The notes beneath the pieces were generated by a model. The model saw nothing but the letters and a program-made list of their open reading frames with translations. It was not told where the DNA came from and did no database searches. From Gemmatimonadaceae bacterium (lineage in GTDB: Bacteria > Gemmatimonadota > Gemmatimonadetes > Gemmatimonadales > Gemmatimonadaceae), in NCBI GenBank assembly GCA_035549215.1, contig DASZRI010000106.1:2687-66686 (forward strand): 64,000 bases of DNA, written 5' to 3'. Below are positions 55,313-64,000 of the stretch, in pieces (the stretch's first letter is position 1; each line of letters opens with the position of its first letter). The position numbers were made by a program, and so were the translations under genes.

Positions 55313-56620
55313 TCAGAAGAAGATCACGCCACCACTGCCGGAGCTCCCGAACCGCGGGTTGACGACGTTGTTGAACACCGAGCCGAAGGTGTAGCTCAAC
55401 CCGAAGAAGGCATACCAGCGATATCCAGTGAGCAACTGACGCTGCTGCAGCAGCACGTCCGACTCCGACGCTGCGCCCTTGGCCAGGTACACCTGGTCGT
55501 GCACGATGCTGTAATTGCCGGAGAGATTCAGGTTGAGCCCGCGCAGCACCCGCAGCGACACTCCCCCGCTGACCGCCGCGCTGTGCTTCGCACCGTCGTT
55601 GATGTAGCTGCTGCCGTCCGCGCCGACGTTGATCGTCCCCCACGCTTCCTGGCGCGCATAGGCCACCGAGAGCGTCTGCACCGGCAGCGTTTCCGAAGTC
55701 TTGAGGAAGATCGTCGTGTCGTTGTAGGCGAAGGCGTCGAACCCGAGCCCGTAGAGCACGCGAAGCTGGCGGCGCGTGGATTCGGCGTACGGAAAGAGAT
55801 CGTACTCGACCGCCGGTGTCACCCGCAGGTATCGTTTCTCGTTCAGGTATGTGGACGACGTCAGCGAGCCGCGGAGCCCCGCGGACCAGTGGTCCGAGAT
55901 GGCGCGCACCACGAGGCCGCTCGCCCCGAAGGACCGCGAGATGTTCTCGATCGTCGTTCCCGAGTCGTCGATCACGAACCGCGACTGGCTGTAGCTCTCG
56001 CTCAGGGCCAGGTTGGCCTTCCATGCGTTCGTCGTTCGCGACGCACTGAGCTGGCCGTACAGCGAGGAGAACCGCGTGCGCTCCTCCGCCTGCAGGTTCC
56101 CGTTCAGGCTCGTCGTGAATACCCACGCATGCCAGGGGTCGGACGTCGGCGTTGTCTGCGCCGGGGCGCCGGCCGTCGCGGGCACCGACACTTGCACCCG
56201 GGCGGCGAGCCCCGTGTGCGCAAGGTAGCGCACCAGCCCGAGGCTCAGCGTGTGGCCGAGGTCGCGCCGCAGGTCGTCGCTGGTCGCGTCCGGCCGCGTC
56301 GAGAACGCCAGCGTGTCCACCAGCTGCGCGAACCGGGCCCCGCCCAGGAACGTCAGCGTGAAGCGCGTGCCCCCGGAGCCGGTTGTCTCTGGAGACACCA
56401 GCACGTCCACGTCCGCATCGGCCCGATCGCGCACCCAGTCCACGTACGCAATGCTGGTTCTCAGGTAGTCGAGGTCGCACAGGTACGTGCAATCCAGGTA
56501 CACCGTCAGAGCATGCGGCCTCTCAGCACGCCTCGGGGCCGATGGGCCCTGGCTACGCGCAATGCCGGGGATCACTGCCAGCGCGAGGGCCAGCAGCGTC
56601 GACAACGCACGTCGTGTCAT
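55313..56620 (-). CDS. Outer-membrane beta-barrel protein (hypothetical)
   Basis: Signal peptide MTRRALSTLLALALAVIPGIARSQ, alternating-strand pattern, and a C-terminal ...GGVIFF aromatic terminus. Confidence 0.6.
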   Translation of the reverse strand: MTRRALSTLLALALAVIPGIARSQGPSAPRRAERPHALTVYLDCTYLCDLDYLRTSIAYVDWVRDRADADVDVLVSPETTGSGGTRFTLTFLGGARFAQLVDTLAFSTRPDATSDDLRRDLGHTLSLGLVRYLAHTGLAARVQVSVPATAGAPAQTTPTSDPWHAWVFTTSLNGNLQAEERTRFSSLYGQLSASRTTNAWKANLALSESYSQSRFVIDDSGTTIENISRSFGASGLVVRAISDHWSAGLRGSLTSSTYLNEKRYLRVTPAVEYDLFPYAESTRRQLRVLYGLGFDAFAYNDTTIFLKTSETLPVQTLSVAYARQEAWGTINVGADGSSYINDGAKHSAAVSGGVSLRVLRGLNLNLSGNYSIVHDQVYLAKGAASESDVLLQQRQLLTGYRWYAFFGLSYTFGSVFNNVVNPRFGSSGSGGVIFF

Positions 56621-56830
56621 CTTCAGTCTCCGTGCTGCGTGAGCGTGCGCGCGGGCGGGTGGGGGCACCTCGGCGCGAGGAGGGATTCGCTCGGAACCGC
56701 GTCGTGCGAAGCCAGTATGCCACGCCAGTATCGGCGCGCCAGTACAAGGGCGCCGAATTGCCGAAACCTCATCCCCTGCTCACGCGGCCTTCATCGGTTT
56801 TTCATGTTCGCGCGGCGATGCGCACGTCGC

Positions 56831-58075
56831 TCACTTGACCTGGCGCCTGGCGGCGAGCGCCGTCGCGATCGCGACACTCAGTGCCAGGAACGCCAGCACG
56901 ATCGGTGCCGTGCCATCCGGCAGCGCGGGACCGCGCGTGTCACGTCCATAGACCCGCCACATCCAGGCCTGGGTCCACGATCCCCACGATTCGTGCATGG
57001 CGGACGCAAATGCGGAATCGACCGGCAGCGAAGAGCGCCAGAACTGCCCGAACCGCTCGCGACCCATGTCGTGGATCACGTCCGAGATGAACGATCCCTG
57101 GTTCGGGCCGACGATCCCGTAGTTGAACATCGCCCACCACGCCCACTCCGGACGCTCACGATTGCCCACCGTCGCTGAGTCCCAGGCGGCGTCACCGTTC
57201 TGCACAGGGGGGTGTGTTACCGCTGTTTCGCACGCCGTCGTGTCACCGCCCATGCAACGGATCGCGTTGTCTGGCATGTATTGCCGAACGATCCACGCCT
57301 GCTGCTCGTGCGGTGTGACCTGCCAGAGGGTGAATGGCAACGGGGTGCTGGAATGGAATGGAGCCGATCGCCCGTCCCACGCGGCTGAATGCGCAAGCTG
57401 CCACCCCGTGGCCCGCAGCCACCCCGCCACGTGCGGCCCCGGCATGCCGAATGTCCCGACGAGTGCGCACGGGCTCAGCAGCGCGGCCGCCGTCTGGCTG
57501 GACGTGAGATCGCCGATGCGGGCCCGCTGCCACGTCGGCGCCTTCGCGTTCCAGATCGAGACGCCAATGCGGGCGACTATGAGGCATCGGCCGTGCGTTG
57601 CCTCGCCCGGCAGGAAGGTGACGGATGAGACCCACTGGCCGGCGGGAAGCACTGGAAGGCCGTTGAATGCGCGAAGGGAATCGAAGACGAGTGCGACGGT
57701 CACGGGGTGATGCCCCCCGGCACCGAGCCTGCTCCACTGTCCACGAGTCGCGGCCGCGAATTTCGTGGCAATGGAATCGGGGATGGCAGTGCTGTGCACG
57801 ACCTCGAGCTCATGGTCGCTCGTCGACGTGGCTGCGCCCGCCCGCATGATGGAGTCGCGCAGCGCCAGCAGCCGCAGCTTCGTGTTGTCCGATCGGATGC
57901 GCGCACCGGCATCCGGGCTTCCGGCCCGCACCGTCCGACCATCGGTGAGTTGCACCATGCCGCCGAAGTGCATGTGCGCGACCACATCCTCGTCACGCGC
58001 GGGCAGTTTCCACGCCGCGATCGCCGCGCACGCCAGGCACGCGATCACGACCCACCGCGACATCGTCAGCGCCAT
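56831..58075 (-). CDS. Hypothetical protein with an N-terminal signal/anchor and a C-terminal TM anchor
   Basis: MALTMSRWVVIACLACAAIAAW... and a C-terminal APIVLAFLALSVAIATALAARRQVK. Last gene of the GntR-ABC operon. Confidence 0.5.
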   Translation of the reverse strand: MALTMSRWVVIACLACAAIAAWKLPARDEDVVAHMHFGGMVQLTDGRTVRAGSPDAGARIRSDNTKLRLLALRDSIMRAGAATSTSDHELEVVHSTAIPDSIATKFAAATRGQWSRLGAGGHHPVTVALVFDSLRAFNGLPVLPAGQWVSSVTFLPGEATHGRCLIVARIGVSIWNAKAPTWQRARIGDLTSSQTAAALLSPCALVGTFGMPGPHVAGWLRATGWQLAHSAAWDGRSAPFHSSTPLPFTLWQVTPHEQQAWIVRQYMPDNAIRCMGGDTTACETAVTHPPVQNGDAAWDSATVGNRERPEWAWWAMFNYGIVGPNQGSFISDVIHDMGRERFGQFWRSSLPVDSAFASAMHESWGSWTQAWMWRVYGRDTRGPALPDGTAPIVLAFLALSVAIATALAARRQVK

Positions 58076-59190
58076 CGCGAGCTCCGGAGCGAGAGGGCAC
58101 CGCACACCCCGACACAGAACAGCGCGCCGACCGCGGTCGACAAGCGGAGCGTCGCATCCTGTTCGCGCGCCTGGATTACCAGGGTGTGCCATGTGGCGAG
58201 CACCGAATCTGTCGAGATCCCTGCCGCAGCCTGCACCACGGCAGCGGGGTCGTCGGCCGCGGCCTGCATCCGCGCAAAGGCTCCCGGTCCCCCAATGCTC
58301 ATTGCGAGCCGCAGCACGTCCCGGCCTTCACCGCCCAACAAGGGCGTCAGCGCGTCGGTCGGCAGCGTGGCCAGCACGGAGTTGCACGCGCTGTCCAGCC
58401 GAGCCGCCACGCAGCCAGCCGCATCTCGCTGGAGCCCAGGCGTCCACTGCCCGCGCATCCGCTCCACCAGGAACCGCCGATCCTGCGCATCGTACCAGTT
58501 GGCCAGCGGCGCATCGCGCCCCACCAGTCCGAGCGCGCGGCCGCACGCCGAGACGTCGCCGTCCAGGCAGGCGCGCGCGATCGATGATTGCGAGAGCACC
58601 AGGTCGATGTGCGCATTCCGCCACGCGTCAGTGCCCGGCAAGTCGAGTGGGATGTCACGGCCAGCCCAGCGCTGCACCGCGGGCCCGAACGCGCTCATCA
58701 GGCGTCGCGCACTCCGCTCCTCCAGGTCCCGCGCGACGGCGTCGACGTCCGCCACCTGCTGCTGAGCACCCGTCAGCCGCCCGGTCGAGTCCACATCCAT
58801 CACCTCGACCACCGGCGGCGTGCCCGGTTTGTTGGCGCGCGCAACGCGCCGCACCGCGATGGTGCGCGCGGCCGCCGCCACCCCGGCTGCCCCCATGCGA
58901 GACGCTATCACGCGTGTCGCGCGGGCTGCCGCAGATCGTGCCAGCGCGCGATCAGCGGAATCCACGAGGATGGTGAACGCCCCCTCCACGATCGTGTCGC
59001 GCGGGATGGCGCCACGGCGCGCGGAGTCCTGCCGCGCGGCAAGTGCCGCCAGCGCGGCCTGCGTGCGCTGCAACCGCTCGATGCGCGCCCGGTACGCGGC
59101 AGGATCCTGTCCGCGCAGCGTGCGGGCACCGGCCGTGGCGAGCACCACGAGCAGCGACAGGCAGGTGGCTAGGCGCCGCGCATCACACAT
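58066..59190 (-). CDS. Hypothetical secreted protein with a C-terminal TM anchor
   Basis: MCDARRLATCLSLLVVLATAGARTLRGQ... and a C-terminal AVGALFCVGVCGALSLRSSRWR. Confidence 0.5.
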   Translation of the reverse strand: MCDARRLATCLSLLVVLATAGARTLRGQDPAAYRARIERLQRTQAALAALAARQDSARRGAIPRDTIVEGAFTILVDSADRALARSAAARATRVIASRMGAAGVAAAARTIAVRRVARANKPGTPPVVEVMDVDSTGRLTGAQQQVADVDAVARDLEERSARRLMSAFGPAVQRWAGRDIPLDLPGTDAWRNAHIDLVLSQSSIARACLDGDVSACGRALGLVGRDAPLANWYDAQDRRFLVERMRGQWTPGLQRDAAGCVAARLDSACNSVLATLPTDALTPLLGGEGRDVLRLAMSIGGPGAFARMQAAADDPAAVVQAAAGISTDSVLATWHTLVIQAREQDATLRLSTAVGALFCVGVCGALSLRSSRWR

Positions 59191-59827
59191 CGATCAGCAT
59201 CCAGCGGCCCGTGAACACCGACAGCAAGCCAGGGCTCACGAACACAAATCGGCCTACGTGGTCCAGGATGCCGACGTCAAGCCCGGCGCTGTCCGTCAGG
59301 ATCTCGGCGACGACCAGCACCGCGATGAGCCCGAGGACCGCCGCGGCCGCCCGGCTTGTCGCCGAGGACGCCGCGAAGAACAGCGCGAACGCCACCAGCG
59401 CCGCCAGCGCGAAGCGGATCGTCAGGGCGACAGGATAGCCGTGCAAGCCATCTGGCAGTGCATGCGTGGATGTCACGAGCACCGCGGACACGCCAAGCGC
59501 AATCACCGGCGGGATCAGGCACACTACGCCGGCGCCGAAGCGAAGCAGCACGTATCGCCACCGCTCGATCGGCAGCGAGAGCGCATACACGTGGCGGCCA
59601 CGATAGTCGGATGACCACGCCGACATCGCGACGAGCAAGCCGAGGACGCCGGCAAGGAAGCCGTAGGCGGCACCCCACCCCTGCATGGCGTCAATGAAGG
59701 CCCGCGGCGACACGGCGTCGCGGGCGGAAGCGAACGAGAACATCGGCACCGCAAACGCCCCCACGACGCCTGCCAGCACGGCGATGCGCGCCCACTTCCA
59801 TTGTGTCTTCAGGATCATCCGGAACAT
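59183..59827 (-). CDS. ABC-2-type transporter permease-like membrane protein
   Basis: MFRMILKTQWKWARIAVLAGVVGAF... with 5-6 TM helices, directly downstream of an ABC ATPase. Confidence 0.6.
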   Translation of the reverse strand: MFRMILKTQWKWARIAVLAGVVGAFAVPMFSFASARDAVSPRAFIDAMQGWGAAYGFLAGVLGLLVAMSAWSSDYRGRHVYALSLPIERWRYVLLRFGAGVVCLIPPVIALGVSAVLVTSTHALPDGLHGYPVALTIRFALAALVAFALFFAASSATSRAAAAVLGLIAVLVVAEILTDSAGLDVGILDHVGRFVFVSPGLLSVFTGRWMLIDV

Positions 59828-59843
59828 CTGCGCTCCCTCCCCG

Positions 59844-60737
59844 TCAGCCGTTGTCGCGGAACGACCGCAGCATTTCCACGAATCCATCCTCGAGGTCCAG
59901 GTCCACCACGTCCGTCACCGTGGCGCCGACGCCCTCCAGGAACTCGCGCATGCCCGGCGCCCACCCGCGCACGAGCCATTGCTCCCCCACGCCCGGCACG
60001 TCCTTGCGCGTCAGCAGGGTGAATGGCGCGCCATCCAGCGCGGACGGGGCATCGCGCACCAGCAGCCGCTTGATGCCGTTCTTGAAGTCTTCCATCGGCA
60101 TCTCCGCTACCAGCCGGCCACGATCCAGCACGCCCACCCAGTCGCAGATCCGCTCGAGTTCATGGACCAGGTGGCTCGAGATAAGCACCGTCGCCCGGCG
60201 CTCCGACACGTACTCCAGCACCGCCTCGAGCACGTCGCGGCGCACCACGGGATCCAGCCCGTCTGTCGGCTCGTCCAGCACGAGCAGCTCCGGCTGCTGC
60301 GCCAGCGCGAGCAGCATCATGAGCTTCCCGGTCTCGCCCTTCGAGAGTGCCCCGACGCGCGCGTCACCGCGCAACCGGAATTGCTGCTGCAGCGTCGTGG
60401 CCCACGCGGCATCCCACCGCCGGTGAAACGCGGCATGCAACTCCATCGACTCCGCCACGCTCAGCGTCGGGTCCAGGTGCGGGCGCTCCGGCACGTATCC
60501 GGTGCGCGCCAGGACATCCACGTACTCCCCGGGCATGGCGCGCCCGAGGATCCGGATCGTGCCGCCCTGTGGACGAAGCAGCCCGAGGAGCAGTCGCAGC
60601 GTCGTCGTCTTCCCGGCGCCGTTCGGGCCCAGGAAGCCATAGATCGCCCCCTCGGGCACGTGCAGCGACAGGTCCGCGAGCGCGAACGACTTCCCCGGCT
60701 GGTACCGCAGCCCCTGCGTCTCGACCGCCAGCGTCAT
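59844..60737 (-). CDS. ABC transporter ATP-binding protein
   Basis: Walker A GPNGAGKTT, signature LSKGETGKL and Walker B LLVLDEPTDGLD. Confidence 0.9.
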   Translation of the reverse strand: MTLAVETQGLRYQPGKSFALADLSLHVPEGAIYGFLGPNGAGKTTTLRLLLGLLRPQGGTIRILGRAMPGEYVDVLARTGYVPERPHLDPTLSVAESMELHAAFHRRWDAAWATTLQQQFRLRGDARVGALSKGETGKLMMLLALAQQPELLVLDEPTDGLDPVVRRDVLEAVLEYVSERRATVLISSHLVHELERICDWVGVLDRGRLVAEMPMEDFKNGIKRLLVRDAPSALDGAPFTLLTRKDVPGVGEQWLVRGWAPGMREFLEGVGATVTDVVDLDLEDGFVEMLRSFRDNG

Positions 60738-61114
60738 CGGCTGCCTCCGTTGAGCTCATGATCCAGCGCGTCGCGCACGTCATCCGGCGTCAGCCCCAGG
60801 CGCCCCGCGTCGCGCAGCAGCGTGCGCACCAGGCGCCGCGCGGCGCCGCGCCGCTCCCGCGCGCGGACATCCCGCGCTACGTCCTGCACGAAGGTGCCGG
60901 CCCCGTGTCGCGTGACCACAAACCCGTCCGCCTCCAGCGCCCGATATGCCTGCACGACGGTCGCTGGATTGACGCGCAGCTCCGCGGCCAGCTGCCGGAC
61001 CGACGGCAGCGCGTCGCCGTCGCGCAGCGTGCCTGCGGCGATCGCCAGCCGCACGCGGTCGGCGATCTGCGCATACAGCGGAACCGGGCTTCGAGGATCG
61101 AGGTGGTCGAACAT
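60734..61114 (-). CDS. GntR family transcriptional regulator (YtrA-like short form)
   Basis: PLYAQIADRVRLAIAAGTLRDGDALPSVRQLAAELRVNPATVVQAYRALEADGFVVTRHGAGTFV. It overlaps the ABC gene by 4 nt. Confidence 0.9.
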   Translation of the reverse strand: MFDHLDPRSPVPLYAQIADRVRLAIAAGTLRDGDALPSVRQLAAELRVNPATVVQAYRALEADGFVVTRHGAGTFVQDVARDVRARERRGAARRLVRTLLRDAGRLGLTPDDVRDALDHELNGGSR

Positions 61115-61123
61115 CGGCGGGAA

Positions 61124-61147
61124 AGTGTATCGTTGTTCTGATACACT
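61124..61147. promoter_or_regulatory. Perfect inverted repeat, a candidate GntR operator
   Basis: AGTGTATC-N8-GATACACT lies 10-33 nt upstream of the GntR start. On the minus strand it is adjacent to a TATAGT -10-like hexamer. Confidence 0.55.
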
Positions 61148-61279
61148 ATAACTCTTGCCCCGGCCCGTCAATACCGGATTCCCGCGCTCCCCCGGGACTG
61201 CGCGAAGGGGCGAGCCGTGGTGGCTCGCCCCTTCATATGATGCGGACGCGGCTTCTCCAATCCCGCCGCGCCGGGGTCA

Positions 61280-61774
61280 TCAGGCCGCGATCGTCAGCGC
61301 TTCCACGTGCAGGTTCTTCGCGAAGCACCATTCGTTGCACGCGAATCGCCGCGCGCAGCCGAGGCAGTCGCGCCGGATCTTCTCCGGGTACCGCGCGCGG
61401 TCCACCTGGGTGTAGCCGCACGCGTCGAAGAACTTCGGCTGCAGCGTGAGCGCGAACACGTCATAGATGCCGCGCTTCACGGCGAGCCGCTCCACCGCAT
61501 CCACGATCGCGCGCCCGATGCCCTGCCCGTGCGCTGCCCGCGAGACCGCGATCGCCGCCACCTCGGCCACCGACGGCGAGTATTCCTTCAGTGCGCCACA
61601 GCCGAGCAGTTCCCCGTGGCCGTCCACCGCAACGATGTAGTCGTCGATGGACAGCGCAATCATCTCCGGAGACCGGCGCAGCATCAGCATCTCGTCGGCG
61701 AACTGGTTGTTCAGCCGCGAGATGGCCTCCGCTTCATGTGCGCGCGCCGGCCGGATCCGGATGTCCGGGCTCAC
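61280..61774 (-). CDS. GNAT N-acetyltransferase, probably a short-form N-acetylglutamate synthase
   Basis: The GTG start forms a GTGA overlap with the argD stop. Acetyl-CoA motif SRAAHGQGIGRAIVDAVE. Last gene of the arg operon. The C-terminus is Cys-rich: CLGCARRFACNEWC. Confidence 0.7.
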   Translation of the reverse strand: MSPDIRIRPARAHEAEAISRLNNQFADEMLMLRRSPEMIALSIDDYIVAVDGHGELLGCGALKEYSPSVAEVAAIAVSRAAHGQGIGRAIVDAVERLAVKRGIYDVFALTLQPKFFDACGYTQVDRARYPEKIRRDCLGCARRFACNEWCFAKNLHVEALTIAA

Positions 61775-62946
61775 TGCAGGACTTTCTCCAGGATGGCCAG
61801 GCCGTCCGCCAGCTCTTCCCGCGTCGTCACCAGCGGCGGCAGCAGGCGCAGCGTGTACTCGCCGGCGGTGCAGATCAGCAGCCCCGCGGTGAGCGCCTCG
61901 GCCACGACGTGCGACGCGACGCCCGTGACGTCCATGCCCCACATGAAGCCGACGCCCCGGATGCTGCGCACGCTCCCCGTGCGCTGCGCGATGCCCTGCA
62001 GCTGCTCGCCGAACCACGCACCCGCGTCGCGCACGTGCGCGAGCAGCGCGGGATCGGACAGCCGCTCCACGACGTACGACGCGACCGACGACACGAACGG
62101 GCCCGCGCCGAATGTCGTGCCATGGTCCCCCGGCTTGATCGACGACGCCACGTCCTCGGTCACCAGCACGGCGCCCATCGGGAGCCCACCCGCCAGCGGC
62201 TTGGCCAGCGTCAGGATGTCCGGCTCCACCCCTGCCTGCTCGTAGGCGAAGAGCGTGCCCGTGCGCCCCAGGCCGCACTGGATCTCGTCGAAGATCAGCA
62301 GCGCGCCCTTCTCGCGCGTGAGCGCGCGGAGCTCGCGCAGGAACCCGTGGTCCAGCACCCGCACGCCGCCCTCACCCTGCACCGGCTCGACGATCACCGC
62401 GGCGGCCGTGTCGGGATTGAGCGCGTTCGCAATGTCCTCGATGTCGCGCTCGACGATCGTGATGCCACCCGCCAGCGGGCGGAATGGAATCCGGTACGAC
62501 GGCCGGTCCGTGGACGCGAGCGTGCCGAACAGCCGCCCGTGGAACGCGCCGCGAAGCGACACGATCTCATGCTTCGCGTCGCCGGCGCGTCGCGCCCAGC
62601 GCCGCGCGAACTTGAACGCCGCCTCGTTCGCCTCGCCGCCCGAATTGCAGAAGAAGACCTTGTCCGCGAACGAGTGCTCCACGAGCTTCGCGGCAAGCTG
62701 CGCCCCGGGCGCCGTCCAGTAGAGGTTCGACGTATGGATGAGCCCGTCGGACGCGGCATGCAGCGCGCTGCGCAGCCCCGCGTCGGAATAGCCCAGTGCG
62801 TTCACGGCGATCCCGCTCACGAAATCCAGGTAGCGGTTGCCTTCGGCGTCAAACAGGTACACGCCTTCGCCGCGCACCAGCTCCATCTCCGGCCGCTTGT
62901 ACGTGCCCAGGACGGCGTCGTGGGACACCGGTGCACTCGTCGTCAT
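61771..62946 (-). CDS. argD: Acetylornithine aminotransferase
   Basis: GVAVNALGY-type N-terminus, [31 protein letters not shown] and [10 protein letters not shown] (PLP Lys), in an arg operon context. Confidence 0.9.
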   Translation of the reverse strand: MTTSAPVSHDAVLGTYKRPEMELVRGEGVYLFDAEGNRYLDFVSGIAVNALGYSDAGLRSALHAASDGLIHTSNLYWTAPGAQLAAKLVEHSFADKVFFCNSGGEANEAAFKFARRWARRAGDAKHEIVSLRGAFHGRLFGTLASTDRPSYRIPFRPLAGGITIVERDIEDIANALNPDTAAAVIVEPVQGEGGVRVLDHGFLRELRALTREKGALLIFDEIQCGLGRTGTLFAYEQAGVEPDILTLAKPLAGGLPMGAVLVTEDVASSIKPGDHGTTFGAGPFVSSVASYVVERLSDPALLAHVRDAGAWFGEQLQGIAQRTGSVRSIRGVGFMWGMDVTGVASHVVAEALTAGLLICTAGEYTLRLLPPLVTTREELADGLAILEKVLQ

Positions 62947-63707
62947 GCTGCTGCACTCCCGCGTGTCAGTGTGGTCCCGCGCGACCGGTTGGTGATCGCC
63001 GCCAGGTCGCTGATCCGCACCGTCGCCACGCCGCCCTTCACGGCGGTGATTCCGGCACGGAGCTTTGCTGCCATCCCGCCCACGGCGGTTCCCCGCGCGA
63101 TCAGCGCTTCCGCCGCCGCAATGTCCAGCGTCGGCACCACCTGGTCGCCGTCGAGCACGCCCGGCACATCGGACACGAGCAGCAGTTCCTCCGCCTCGAG
63201 CGCCACGGCGATTGCCGCGGCGGCATCGTCGCCGTTCACGTTCAGTGTTGCGCCCAGCTCCAGCCCCACGTTGCGGCTCACCGGCGAGATCACGGGCAGG
63301 TAGCCGCCGTCCAGCAGGTGCCAGACCAGCGAGGCATTGATGCGCTGCGGCTCGCCGACGTGGCCCAGGCGCTCCGCGTCCGTCGGCGTCGCCGCGATCA
63401 GCGACGCATCCTCGCCGGAAATGCCCACCGCGCGCACGCCCTCGCGCACGAGCATCGCCACCAGGCGCTTGTTCGCGCTGCCCGAGAGCGCCATGCGCAC
63501 GAGCTCCATGTCACGCGCTGTCGTCACGCGCTTGCCATCCACGAACTGCGCCGTCAACCCGAAGGCCTTCTGCAGGGCCGTCACTTCGTCGCCGCCGCCG
63601 TGCACCAGCACCAGCGAGCGGTTGAGCGCATCCCACGCCTCGGCGATCGTCTGCGCCAGCGCCGGGTCCCCCTGCGGGCGGCCGCCGACCTTGATGACAC
63701 GCGTCAT
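62943..63707 (-). CDS. argB: Acetylglutamate kinase
   Basis: VIKVGG..., [17 protein letters not shown]. Lies between argC and argD. Confidence 0.85.
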   Translation of the reverse strand: MTRVIKVGGRPQGDPALAQTIAEAWDALNRSLVLVHGGGDEVTALQKAFGLTAQFVDGKRVTTARDMELVRMALSGSANKRLVAMLVREGVRAVGISGEDASLIAATPTDAERLGHVGEPQRINASLVWHLLDGGYLPVISPVSRNVGLELGATLNVNGDDAAAAIAVALEAEELLLVSDVPGVLDGDQVVPTLDIAAAEALIARGTAVGGMAAKLRAGITAVKGGVATVRISDLAAITNRSRGTTLTRGSAAA

Positions 63708-64000
63708 AGCGGCAACCCCGCGGTCTCGTCGAGCCCGAGCATCACGTTCGCGTTCTGCACCGCCTGGCCGGCGGCGCCCTTCACCAGGTTGTCGATCGCC
63801 GACAGGATGAGCAGCATCGGCCGGCGCGTTCCTGCCAGCGGCTGCACGTTGATCTGCACGACGTTGCGGTATGCGACGTCCCGCAGCGTCGGGGGCGCGG
63901 ACACGAGCTCGATGAACGGCTCGTTCGCGTACCGCGCACGCCAGGGCGCCATCAGGTCGTCCAGCGGCGCGCGCAGTTCCACGGTGATGGACGACAGGAT
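63704..64000 (-). CDS. argC: N-acetyl-gamma-glutamyl-phosphate reductase (C-terminal part; the gene continues beyond the window)
   Basis: [32 protein letters not shown] is the conserved ArgC C-terminus. Confidence 0.85.
   Translation of the reverse strand: MLSSITVELRAPLDDLMAPWRARYANEPFIELVSAPPTLRDVAYRNVVQINVQPLAGTRRPMLLILSAIDNLVKGAAGQAVQNANVMLGLDETAGLPL

Noticed and set aside
1-64000. A search for CRISPR arrays, tRNA/rRNA genes, IS elements, integrases, toxin-antitoxin pairs and known defence-system signatures
   Set aside because: No spaced direct-repeat array is present. No intergenic region is long enough or shaped like a cloverleaf. No transposase or integrase motifs appear in any frame. 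The intergenic spacers are nearly all shorter than 200 nt.

Overview
A 64 kb window of very GC-rich (roughly 70%) bacterial DNA that is almost fully coding. I found no rRNA, tRNA, CRISPR array, transposase or integrase. My impression is Gemmatimonadota-like, but the taxon cannot be established from the sequence alone.

Gene map:
- 1-9.6 kb: housekeeping and periplasmic genes, including a PQQ dehydrogenase, an M24 peptidase, glnA and an MqnD-like protein.
- 9.9-10.6 kb: a monocistronic histone-H1-like gene.
- 10.7-13.2 kb: a MerR-like regulator, an SDR oxidoreductase, a RepA-like (replication initiator protein A family) protein and a small ORF.
- 13.2-16.9 kb: an S41 protease, a TolB-like protein and fcl.
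- 17.1-23.6 kb, plus strand: an operon that opens with a WecA/MraY-type priming transferase. It then encodes a lasso-peptide-type RiPP gene set: a PqqD/RRE protein, an Asn-synthetase-like cyclase, two tandem precursor genes, an HprK-like kinase and a nucleotidyltransferase.
- 23.6-41.6 kb, minus strand: a convergent exopolysaccharide operon of 14 genes. It encodes a Wzc-type tyrosine autokinase, 9 GT4-type and 2 GT2-type glycosyltransferases, 2 methyltransferases and a Wzy-like polymerase. Neighbouring genes mostly share ATGA or GTGA stop/start overlaps.
- 41.7-45.0 kb: secreted or outer-membrane proteins, a Wza-like exporter and an MBL-fold hydrolase.
- 45.1-46.6 kb: a thioredoxin-like/NHL-repeat gene.
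- 46.6-64 kb: a desaturase, yggX, an NrtR-like regulator, a cold-shock gene, a YhaM-like nuclease, an SPFH protein, hydrolases, an M28 peptidase, an outer-membrane protein, a GntR-ABC operon and an argC-argB-argD-GNAT operon.

Most interesting observations:
1. The lasso-type RiPP set sits inside the polysaccharide locus. Its two precursors end in nearly identical polycationic cores (TVG[ST]RG[KR]KDGK.GNRRTGY). Their leaders match the RRE-binding YxxPxLxxxGxxxxxTx spacing exactly. No B2 leader peptidase or exporter is visible in the window.
2. The thioredoxin-like/NHL gene has an in-frame TGA exactly at the first Cys of the CxxC redox motif, followed by a SECIS-like hairpin. This makes it a candidate selenoprotein.

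The many long ORFs antisense to these genes in the track are GC-content artefacts.
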